Part shown: piece by piece, positions 1 through 9,120 of the stretch | How the letters are laid out: every line of letters starts with the position of its first letter | Position numbering within the stretch: the stretch's first letter is position 1 | Assembly: GCA_003221895.1 (NCBI GenBank) | Contig: QHUJ01000115.1 | Span: forward strand, 43,001 to 107,000 | Reading direction: 5' to 3' | DNA: 64,000 bases | DNA from: Gemmatimonadota bacterium | GTDB lineage: Bacteria; Gemmatimonadota; Gemmatimonadetes; Gemmatimonadales; GWC2-71-9 | Translations under genes and position numbers: made by a program | The notes under the pieces: model-generated | Told to the model about the DNA's origin: nothing | The model's database searches: none | The model's input: only the letters and a program-made list of their open reading frames with translations

Positions 1-292
1 TGCGATCGGCCTCGGCATCGCTGATGGTGGGATTGCGGCGCCAGGGACTGCTCTCATCGGATCCGTCCGACACGTTGACGCCGGCTCGAAAGAACCGCCA
101 CACCAGGAACGTTCGCGGCGCGAGCGATTCGATCACGTTCGACACACTCCGATTGATGCCGCTGACCATCGCCGCGATCACCATGACGGCCACGACGCCG
201 ATCGCGACGCCCAGGATCGTCAACGCGGCGCGCGCCTTGTTCGCGCGGAGGGATTGGAGGGCGATACCGACGCCTTCGAAGGCGGGCGTCAT
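1..292 (-). CDS. ABC transporter permease, FtsX/MacB-like (N-terminal part only; gene runs off the left edge)
   Basis: Absent from the ORF track because there is no stop in the window. Reverse translation from ATG 292..290 gives MTPAFEGVGIALQSLRANKARAALTILGVAIGVVAVMVIAAMVSG..., open to position 1. The N-terminus is almost identical to the 1530..2759 permease. ATGA start/stop overlap with the upstream gene. Confidence 0.75.
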   Translation of the reverse strand, partial: MTPAFEGVGIALQSLRANKARAALTILGVAIGVVAVMVIAAMVSGINRSVSNVIESLAPRTFLVWRFFRAGVNVSDGSDESSPWRRNPTISDAEADR

Positions 293-1533
293 GTCTCTTG
301 CCGCAACGCGGCGATGGGGTCGAGACGAGCGGCGCGCGAGGCCGGGTAGACGCCGGCGACGATGCCGACGCCCGCGCCCAACAGCACACCGACGACGATT
401 GACCACGCAGCGACCGCGGCAGGAAGCGGCGTCGTCGCCGCGACGAGCGCCGCGAGACCGATCCCGAGGGCCACGCCCGCACTCGCGCCGACGGTGGCGA
501 GTGTCGTGGCTTCGACGAGGAACTGGCGAAGGATGTCGCGCCGCCTGGCGCCGAGCGCTTTCCGAATGCCGATCTCGCGCGTTCGCTCGGCGACGGCCAT
601 CAGCATGATGTTCATGATCACGATGCCACCGACCACCAGCGAGATCGCCACGAGTCCTGGCAGGGCAACGAACAGGATCTTGCTGATTTTGCCCCAGAAA
701 TCGAGCACTTCGTCGGCGGTCTCCATCGCAAAGTTGTTTTCATCGCGCGGGCGCAAGTGCCGGCGGCTGCGCATGACCGCCTCCGCCTCCTGCATCGCCT
801 CGCGCATCTCGCTGATCGAGCTCGCCTTGACGGCGAGGGCGTCTATGATCCGTGGCGCATTGACGTAGCGCTTGAGCGGCGCGGTGGCGGGCGCCACGGC
901 GAATTTATCGAGCGAGAGACCGAACAGGTTGCCCTGCTTCTCGACGACGCCGATTACGCGATAGGGGATGTCGTATACCTTGACCTCGCGTCCGATCGGT
1001 TCCTGGCCATCGAAGAGTTTGTCCGCGAGCTCGTGACCGAGTACGAGGACCGGAAGGCCGGCCTGTACCTCCTGGGTCGTGAACCCCCGGCCGTCCTCGA
1101 TCGTCAGGGAGCGAATCTCGAAGTAGAGATCGGTGGCGGCAGTGACCTGCACGTCCTTGACCGAGCGGCGGCCCGCAAACAGCGCGGTCCGGGTCGAGGA
1201 CTCCCACGCGGTGAGCACCGGCACCGTGAGGCCGCGCATGACCGCTTGCGCGTCATCGTAGGTGACGCGGGGGCGACGCATCCACGAGCGCCACATCGAA
1301 TCGGTGACGTTGCCGATCTGCACGTCCGGAAATTGCCGGAGCCGGAACGTGTTCACGCCGAGCAGCGTGCCCGCGAACTTGTCGGTCATGTAGCGATTCA
1401 TCCCCTGGACGACCGACACGACCGCGATGAGGAACATGACGCCGATGAAGACGCCGATGATCGAGAAGGCGCTCTTGAGCTTCTGGGTACGGATGGTCTG
1501 AACGGCGAGGCGAACCGCCTCGATAAACCTCAT
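289..1533 (-). CDS. ABC transporter permease, MacB-like periplasmic core + FtsX domain (paralog type B)
   Basis: 414 aa. N-terminal TM helix, large periplasmic domain, C-terminal FtsX-type 3-TM bundle ending ...RAARLDPIAALRQE. Overlaps the neighbouring permease genes. Confidence 0.9.
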   Translation of the reverse strand: MRFIEAVRLAVQTIRTQKLKSAFSIIGVFIGVMFLIAVVSVVQGMNRYMTDKFAGTLLGVNTFRLRQFPDVQIGNVTDSMWRSWMRRPRVTYDDAQAVMRGLTVPVLTAWESSTRTALFAGRRSVKDVQVTAATDLYFEIRSLTIEDGRGFTTQEVQAGLPVLVLGHELADKLFDGQEPIGREVKVYDIPYRVIGVVEKQGNLFGLSLDKFAVAPATAPLKRYVNAPRIIDALAVKASSISEMREAMQEAEAVMRSRRHLRPRDENNFAMETADEVLDFWGKISKILFVALPGLVAISLVVGGIVIMNIMLMAVAERTREIGIRKALGARRRDILRQFLVEATTLATVGASAGVALGIGLAALVAATTPLPAAVAAWSIVVGVLLGAGVGIVAGVYPASRAARLDPIAALRQET

Positions 1534-2759
1534 TCGTACCGGAGTGCCTCGACCGGATCGAGCCTCGCCGCCTTACTCGCCGGGTAGATGCCGAAGAGGA
1601 GTCCCGTGAATCCGGCCATGAGCAACGCCACGAGAATCGACCCGAGCGGCACGTACGCGGGCACGGGCGTGAAGTTGTGCAGCAGGAACGCGATGCCCCA
1701 CCCGAACAGCATGCCGATGAAGCCCCCGACGAGCGTCAGCGTCGCCGCTTCGACCAGGAATTGCCACATGATCTCGCGGCGCATGGCGCCGAGCGCTTTG
1801 CGCACGCCGATTTCCCGGGTGCGTTCGGTGACGGAAATCATCATGATCGCGATGACGCCGATTCCGCCGACCATCAATCCCACGAACGACAGCGCCCACA
1901 TCAACATGCGCGCGACTTTCGTAAAGTCGTCGATGGCCTTGGTATACACTTCCTGCGTGATGGCGTCGAAGTTGTTCTTCTGGCCGGGCCGCAGCCCACG
2001 CATCGTGCGCATCGCCATCGTGACGTCGTCGATGGCGCGGTCGAGCGACACCGAGTCCTGCGGCACGACGAACATGCTCATCCAGCCGGGCCAGAAGTGC
2101 AGATCCTTCACGAATGTGCCGTGCGGGATCATGACCGTGGGCTGGTCGTCGTCCCCGAACAGGCGCGGCGGAGGCTCGTAGACGCCGACCACGTCGTACG
2201 GCAATCCGGCGATCCTGATGCGCCGGTTCATCGGGTCGCGCTGGCCGAACAGACTCTCCGCCAGCTTGCTGTTGATCACGGCCACGTGCGCGTTCGACGC
2301 ATCCTCGAGATAGGTGAACGACCGACCCGGATTGATATGACCGCCCTCGATCTTGGGCCACTCGGTGTTGCGCCCGCGGATGCCGATGGACGCCAACCGG
2401 CGGCCTTCGAATTCGATGTCCGCCGAGGTCCACTCGTCCACGACGACGAAGGCGACGCTGGGCAGCTGCGTCAGCTGGTCGGCTTCTTGCATCGTGATCG
2501 CAGGCCGCCGGCGCCAGGGCTGGGGATCCTCGGGATCCTGATCGTTCTGGCCGCCCCAGTACCGCCCGACCCAGAACGTCTTGGGTCCGAGCGAGGCCAG
2601 CATGTCGGAAATCCCCTTGTTGAACCCGCTGATCAGGGCGCCGATCACCATCACGACGGTCACGCCGATGGCGACGCCGAGAATGGTGAGTGACGCGCGC
2701 ATCTTGTGCGCACGCAGGGAGGTGAGCGCGATGCCGACGCCTTCGAAGATGGGCGTCAT
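1530..2759 (-). CDS. ABC transporter permease, MacB-like/FtsX (paralog type A)
   Basis: 409 aa with the same architecture; C-terminus ...KAARLDPVEALRYE. 4-nt overlap with the downstream gene. Confidence 0.9.
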   Translation of the reverse strand: MTPIFEGVGIALTSLRAHKMRASLTILGVAIGVTVVMVIGALISGFNKGISDMLASLGPKTFWVGRYWGGQNDQDPEDPQPWRRRPAITMQEADQLTQLPSVAFVVVDEWTSADIEFEGRRLASIGIRGRNTEWPKIEGGHINPGRSFTYLEDASNAHVAVINSKLAESLFGQRDPMNRRIRIAGLPYDVVGVYEPPPRLFGDDDQPTVMIPHGTFVKDLHFWPGWMSMFVVPQDSVSLDRAIDDVTMAMRTMRGLRPGQKNNFDAITQEVYTKAIDDFTKVARMLMWALSFVGLMVGGIGVIAIMMISVTERTREIGVRKALGAMRREIMWQFLVEAATLTLVGGFIGMLFGWGIAFLLHNFTPVPAYVPLGSILVALLMAGFTGLLFGIYPASKAARLDPVEALRYE

Positions 2760-2762
2760 GGG

Positions 2763-4001
2763 TTACTCCTGTCGCAGCGCGGTGATCGGATCGAGCCGCG
2801 CGGCTCGTGTGGCGGGATAGACGCCGGCCACCACACCGACGCCGGCCCCCATGATGACGCCGGCGATCACCGAGCTGGGCGAGATGCTGGCCGGTAACGG
2901 AGAAAGCGCATTGATGAGCACCGTCAGTCCGATCCCCGCCACGATCCCGAAGGCGGCACCGACGGTCGCGATCGCGGTCGATTCAGCGAGGAATTGTTGC
3001 AGCACGTCGCGGCGGCGTGCGCCGAGCGATTTGCGCAGCCCGATTTCCCGCGTCCGCTCGGCGACGGCCATCAACATGATGTTCATGATCACGATGCCGC
3101 CGATCACCAGCGACACGATGACGATGCCCGGCATGACGATCATGATGATGCGGCTGATGCCGGCCCAGAAGCGTTGCACGCCTTCCGACGTATCGAGCAC
3201 GAAGTTGTTGTCCTGCTGCGGCCGCAGGTGGCGGCGGCTGCGCATGATCCCCTCCGCTTCCGCCATCGCCTCACGCATCTCCCCTTCGGAATTCGCCTTG
3301 ACGAGAAACGCGTCCACGATGCCCGGCGGATTCACCAGATTCTGCGCCGGCGAGAGCGCGGGCACCACGACGAACCGGTCGAGCGGGAATCCCATCAGGC
3401 TGCCCTGATGCTCCACCACGCCGATGACGCGGTAGGGGATGCCGCCGATGCGCACGTTGCGGCCGATGGGGGGCCGGTCGGTGAACAGCCGTTTGGCAAC
3501 CGCTTCGCCCAGGACCGCGACGGGAGTGCCGGAGCGGTTTTCCTCCCCCGTGAATGCCCGTCCCGTGGCGATGCGGAGGTTCTTGATGTCGAAATAGCGC
3601 TCGCTGGCGGTCGTGAGCTCGATGTCGCGGGCTTCCTTGTTCCCGAACGACACGGTGACGTTATCGCTCGACTGCCACGCCGTGATCACCGGCACGCTGA
3701 GCCCGGCCTCCACGGCATCCGCATCGCTGAACCGGATGCGGGGACGCCGTTGCCAGGCCCGCCACACCGAGTCCGGGACGTTGGGCGTGAAGATGGGCCG
3801 GCGTCGCAGCTGAAACGTGTTCACGCCGAAAATCGTCTGCGCGAACTTCTCGGTCATGTAGCGATTGACGCCGTTGGCAATCGAGCACGAGCCGATCAGC
3901 GACGACACGCCGACGAAGACGCCGAGCAGCGAAAAGCCGCTCTTCAGCTTCTGCGCCCGAATCGTCTGGATCGCGAGATGGAAGGCCTCGAAAGCCCGCA
4001 C
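2763..4001 (-). CDS. ABC transporter permease, MacB-like/FtsX (paralog type B)
   Basis: 412 aa. N-terminus MRAFEAFHLAIQTIRAQKLKSGFSLLGVF is parallel to the 289..1533 product. Confidence 0.9.
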   Translation of the reverse strand: MRAFEAFHLAIQTIRAQKLKSGFSLLGVFVGVSSLIGSCSIANGVNRYMTEKFAQTIFGVNTFQLRRRPIFTPNVPDSVWRAWQRRPRIRFSDADAVEAGLSVPVITAWQSSDNVTVSFGNKEARDIELTTASERYFDIKNLRIATGRAFTGEENRSGTPVAVLGEAVAKRLFTDRPPIGRNVRIGGIPYRVIGVVEHQGSLMGFPLDRFVVVPALSPAQNLVNPPGIVDAFLVKANSEGEMREAMAEAEGIMRSRRHLRPQQDNNFVLDTSEGVQRFWAGISRIIMIVMPGIVIVSLVIGGIVIMNIMLMAVAERTREIGLRKSLGARRRDVLQQFLAESTAIATVGAAFGIVAGIGLTVLINALSPLPASISPSSVIAGVIMGAGVGVVAGVYPATRAARLDPITALRQE

Positions 4002-4729
<728 letters not shown>

Positions 4730-4733
<4 letters not shown>

Positions 4734-6052
4734 GAGCGCTTCCGATTCGTCGTGTCGCTCGACTCCTTGCTGGGACGCACTCGCGCACCTTCCTTCAAAT
4801 CGCGGACCGCCTGGTACGGGCCAGCCACGATCGTATCGCCCTGGCGGACGCCCTCTACGACCTCGAAATGCTCTTCGCCGGCGATGCCGACCTTCACCGC
4901 GCGGAACGTCGCGATGCCGTTGTGAACGACGAAGACGCCCTCCGATTCCTTCTTTCTTCCTTGCGACCCGGCGCGCTTACTGGTGTCCGGCGTCGCGGCC
5001 TCGGCCCGCGGCGGTCCGCCGGAGGAGGCCGTCTTCTGCTCCGTCGAGATGGGCGTGTTCTCGCGCACCGTGAGCGCGATGATCGGGATCGCCAACGCTT
5101 CCTTGCGCGTGTCGGTTACGATCCGGGCGGTGGCGGAGAGATCGGGACGCACCCCGGCCGGGGGATTGGCGAGCGTGATCTCGACCTGATAGTCGACCGC
5201 GCGGTCGTTTTGCCCGGTCGCCGCGGACGCCGCATTCAGGATGGCGCTGTTGGAGACCTTGGTGACCCGCCCGACAAACGTGGTGTCGGGGAATGCATCG
5301 ATCGTGACTTCCACGGAATCCCCGAGCTGCACCCGCACGACATCCGTCTCATCGACTTGCACCGTCGTCTGTATCACGGACAGGTCGGAGACGGTGAGCA
5401 ACAGACCGGTCTCGCGCGAGAACGTTCCCGGTACCGCGACTTCGCCTTCCTCGACGGCGAGGCGCGTAACCCGGCCGTCCATCGGGGCGATAAGGTGCGT
5501 CTTGGCCAGCTGATCGCGCGCCTCCTGCAGGCCGGCGCGCGCCTGCTCGACCAGGTGCTGCGAGGCCGTCAGGTTCGCATCGGCGATGTCGAATGCAGTT
5601 TGCGCCTGCTCGAGCTGCTCCTGGGATATCAGGTTGGGATTCTGCTCCCGCAGCTCCTTGGTGCGCTGCAGCGCCCGCTGCGACTGATCGCGCGTCGCGC
5701 GCGCCTGCACCGCCTGGGCTTCGGCCGATGACATCCCCGCGGTGGCCCGCTGCATGTTGGCCTGATAGATCGTCGGATCGATCTGCAGCAGGAATTGTCC
5801 CTTTTGGACGAGATCGCCCTCGCGGACGGCAATGCGTGTAATCCGGCCGGTGATGTCGGCGCTGATGTCGACCTTCTTCTTCGGCTGGATCTTGCCGCTG
5901 GCGGTGACGGCGGCGACGAGATCGCGGCGACCAACGGTCTCGAAGCGCACCTCGACGCCCTTTTCCCGCTTCGCGCTGGCGCTGACCAGGATCAGGACCA
6001 CGACCAGTACCCCGATCCCCCCGCCGAGCAGCACTTTGTTTCGCTTGGACAT
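4730..6052 (-). CDS. Efflux periplasmic adaptor (HlyD/MacA membrane-fusion family)
   Basis: N-terminal TM anchor, lipoyl-like and coiled-coil segments, beta-barrel domain. 4-nt overlap with the ATPase gene. Confidence 0.9.
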
Positions 6053-6073
6053 GTCGAACTCGATCCTCTCGGG

Positions 6074-7612
6074 TTAACGCAAGCTGCGGCCGACCGCCGC
6101 CTCGAGCGCGGCCACGGCCTTGTGATAATCGTACGTCGCGTTCACATAATCGCTCTCGGCACGCAGGGCCTGAACCTGGGCGTCCAACAGCTCGAAGAAC
6201 GTCCCCGAACCTACGCGGTAGCGCTCCGTGGCGAGCTGCAGCTGCTCCCGCCCGGCCGTGCGGTTGGTATCCTGTATGCCGACGCTCTGATACGCGGCCT
6301 GCAGGGTGAGGTAGGCCTGGCTCACGTCGGTTTGCACACCCAGCGCGCGCGCCCGCACCGATTCTTCGAGGTCGTTGTGATCCGCCCGCGCCTGCGATAC
6401 ACGCAGTTCCTGCCCGAAGTTCGTGAAGATCGGCAGACTGACGGTCAGGCGTGCCTGGAATGGCTGCTGTGTAAACTGGAACGGGAAGGCCGAGTTCGCG
6501 TCCCGCAGCGCCTTCTCATCGACCACCGGATTCCACAAGTACTGCCCGCAGCCCGCCGCCGACAACCCCGCACCTGCGCGAACCGAGTCGTTGGACAGGC
6601 AACGTCCGTACTGGATGTTGGCGGTGTTCTGCGCGCCGGTGATCAACGGGTCGACGTTCGTGAACTGCTGCGTAAAGCCGGACCATCCGGCCGATAGGGC
6701 CACGACGGGACCCCAGGCCGACGCCGTCGACCGAACATTCCACGCGGCGGCGTCCTCTCGTGCCCGCAATGCCTTCAGGACCGGGTTCTGCTGCTCAGCC
6801 ATCGTCAACAGCTCCTTCAGCTGCCATGGCGGGGCGTGCACAGTGAACGTATCGGTGAGCTGCACCTCCGTGATGTCGAGCGGTGGCGTGACACCCATCT
6901 GCTCGAACAACCGGAGCTTTTCGACGCTCACCACGGTCTCGGCCCGCAGCACAGCCACCTGAGCCTGACCGCGTGCCACCTGCGCCTGCCGCACGTCGAT
7001 GAGCGTGGCCTGACCGACGCCGTATCGTGCGTTGGCAAGCTTGAGGAATTCTTCGTTGCGTTGGAGCGTCTTGTGCGCCAGGTCCGCCTGGGCGATCGCC
7101 TGAAGCACCGTGAGGTACTGTTGGGTTATGCCGGTGATGAGAACATTCTCGGCGCCAGCGATATCCTGATCTGTCGCACGCTGTTGGGCCTTTGCCAACC
7201 CCGGTTGCGACAACGTCGCGCCGGAAAGCTCATACGAGAGACCCAGCTCATAAAAAGAGGCGACGGTCGAGCCCGATTGGGAGAAACTTTGTGCCAGGAA
7301 TGTTTGCGAGCCTGGACCGCTGTAGGTCATCCCGCCCGATGCGCGGACGTTGGGAATCAACAGGCTGGAATAGGCGTTGCGCACGCCCCACGCAGCCGGG
7401 CCCCTGTTGTTCTCGGCCCGCCGATAGAGAGGGTTGTTTTCCCGGGCGACCGCAATGGCATCGGCGAGGGAAAGCGCCGCCGTCGGCTGGCGGATCGTCG
7501 CAGTGGCCGGCGGGGGGGGGGGGGGGGGAGGCGCTGTGGGCTGTTGTGCTCCAACGGCAATGGGGGTGGCGCTGGCCGCTAGTAGGCCCGCCACGATCAT
7601 CACGTGTTTCAT
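6074..7612 (-). CDS. TolC-family outer-membrane efflux protein
   Basis: Signal peptide MKHVMIVAGLLAASATPIAVGA. Duplicated TolC-type repeats (LSLADAIAVARENNP..., ...YDYHKAVAALEAAVG). First gene of the efflux operon. Confidence 0.9.
   Translation of the reverse strand: MKHVMIVAGLLAASATPIAVGAQQPTAPPPPPPPPATATIRQPTAALSLADAIAVARENNPLYRRAENNRGPAAWGVRNAYSSLLIPNVRASGGMTYSGPGSQTFLAQSFSQSGSTVASFYELGLSYELSGATLSQPGLAKAQQRATDQDIAGAENVLITGITQQYLTVLQAIAQADLAHKTLQRNEEFLKLANARYGVGQATLIDVRQAQVARGQAQVAVLRAETVVSVEKLRLFEQMGVTPPLDITEVQLTDTFTVHAPPWQLKELLTMAEQQNPVLKALRAREDAAAWNVRSTASAWGPVVALSAGWSGFTQQFTNVDPLITGAQNTANIQYGRCLSNDSVRAGAGLSAAGCGQYLWNPVVDEKALRDANSAFPFQFTQQPFQARLTVSLPIFTNFGQELRVSQARADHNDLEESVRARALGVQTDVSQAYLTLQAAYQSVGIQDTNRTAGREQLQLATERYRVGSGTFFELLDAQVQALRAESDYVNATYDYHKAVAALEAAVGRSLR
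7512..7528 (-). repeat. Homopolymeric tract: 17 consecutive G on + strand (C17 on the coding strand of the TolC gene)
   Basis: Counted directly in cggggggggg ggggggggag. Encodes most of the PPPPPPPP run just after the predicted signal peptide. Confidence 0.95.
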
Positions 7613-7720
7613 GGTCGTCCTTGCAAGGATATGTCGTGAGGTCGGACCCCCTTACGCGCGAGTCCTAGACGGGGTTTCGGCCTGCGACAGAACCTAGTTC
7701 GGGGAACCGCAGCAGCAAGG

Positions 7721-8404
7721 TCAGCCGCCTGCAACACGCTCCGCAATGAGGCGTCGCGAGGGTACTTCGACCTTCATGAGGCGGCCTGCGCTATCCAGCC
7801 ACAGCTCGACGGTCTCGCCCGACTCACGAGTCAGGGTGATGTGGCGGAGACGCGCCGGGTCGCGGTTCAGAGTGGTGGGGCTGACTCCCTGGTCCTGCAT
7901 CTGGACGATCTCGCGTTTGAGTGCGCGCGGCAGAATGGCCGTCACCTCGGTCGCTTGGGACGACGCGATCCAGCCGGCGAACAGATAGAGGGCGAAGACC
8001 GAATCATCCAGGACGACCGTGCGCTTTCCCGTGGAGAACTCACGGGCCCGTTCCGCGGCTTTCGCGACGGACCGGACGGTGAAGCGACCCCGACCCAGTT
8101 GTCCGAGGATGCGAGACGGCTGGCGCGGATCGGCAACGTCGTACTGGAGTGTGACCGGCATCGTGTCATCGTTCACTTCGAGAATGGGGGACAGCACGAT
8201 CACGGGCCGCGCTCGATCGTACCGGATCGTGGTTGCGAGGCTCCAGCCGGGAGTACCACCTGACAGACGTCCCCGGCTGATCCGGAAAGACTCGCGGGCC
8301 ACCTCGAGCGTGTCCATGCGAACCAGGAGGACCCCCTCATCCACTGGGGTTCCCAGAACGACGGGCTGTTGGAGCAGCGCGAGAACGAGCAACCCCGTCG
8401 TCAC
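7721..8404 (-). CDS. Hypothetical secreted protein
   Basis: 227-aa ORF with a hydrophobic N-terminus. ATGA-type overlap with the upstream creatininase gene. No recognisable motif. Confidence 0.5.
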   Translation of the reverse strand: MTTGLLVLALLQQPVVLGTPVDEGVLLVRMDTLEVARESFRISRGRLSGGTPGWSLATTIRYDRARPVIVLSPILEVNDDTMPVTLQYDVADPRQPSRILGQLGRGRFTVRSVAKAAERAREFSTGKRTVVLDDSVFALYLFAGWIASSQATEVTAILPRALKREIVQMQDQGVSPTTLNRDPARLRHITLTRESGETVELWLDSAGRLMKVEVPSRRLIAERVAGG

Positions 8405-9120
8405 GCGGCTACCGCTCCCAAAACTCGCGTCGCGATACGATCATGAATCATCTTATACAGGCGCGCGCCCTTTTCGGCCGATGCAAGGCTGGGGCGTCCC
8501 ACGGAACCCGGGGAGTGGGCGGGAACCGACCCCGCGGCGCGGCGCCGGAAACGGGCTACCTGGCGCTCGGAGAGCTCGAAGTCCTTGGCGAGATCCATGC
8601 GGACGACCTGGGGGGCGAGGTACAGCATGAGCGACGTATCGAGCTCGCCGCCGTGCACAGGCCCGCTGGGATCTTCGAGATAACCGGTGAAGTCGAGCGC
8701 AAAAACATCGACGGTGAACACGCGGGCCTGGCGGGTGCGGAGCGTGGAGAGAGCTTCCTGATGGGGATCGTGTCCGTGGGCTGTGAGAATAATGAAGGCG
8801 GCCACGCCACATTGCTCCCATGAGCCGAGCAGATCGTTCATCCAGCGATGCAGGGTCTTGCGGCGCACGGTGGCGTTGCCGGGGTAGGGGCGTTTGGTCG
8901 CCGTGTTGACGCCATAGGCGATGGTCGGAGCCCGCAGGATTCCGAAGGCCGCTGACAGATCGTCGGCGAGCCGCTCGACGATGAACGTATCACAGCCAAG
9001 GGGCAAGTGCGGGCCGTGTTGCTCGCAGGTGCCCACCGGCACCAGGAGTCTTGAGTCGCGCGCCAACGCCGTACGCACGGCATCGGGGGTGAGGACACTC
9101 AGGTGCAGCGGCAAGCTCAC
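8401..9120 (-). CDS. Creatininase-family amidohydrolase
   Basis: LLVPVGTCEQHGPHLPLGCD motif typical of the creatinine amidohydrolase / FAPy deformylase family. GTG start. Confidence 0.85.
   Translation of the reverse strand: MSLPLHLSVLTPDAVRTALARDSRLLVPVGTCEQHGPHLPLGCDTFIVERLADDLSAAFGILRAPTIAYGVNTATKRPYPGNATVRRKTLHRWMNDLLGSWEQCGVAAFIILTAHGHDPHQEALSTLRTRQARVFTVDVFALDFTGYLEDPSGPVHGGELDTSLMLYLAPQVVRMDLAKDFELSERQVARFRRRAAGSVPAHSPGSVGRPSLASAEKGARLYKMIHDRIATRVLGAVAA

Noticed and set aside
24-608. 194-aa plus-strand ORF at the left edge
   Set aside because: It is antisense to two well-supported FtsX permease genes. Its Arg/Pro/Ala-rich composition is typical of spurious antisense ORFs in GC-rich DNA.
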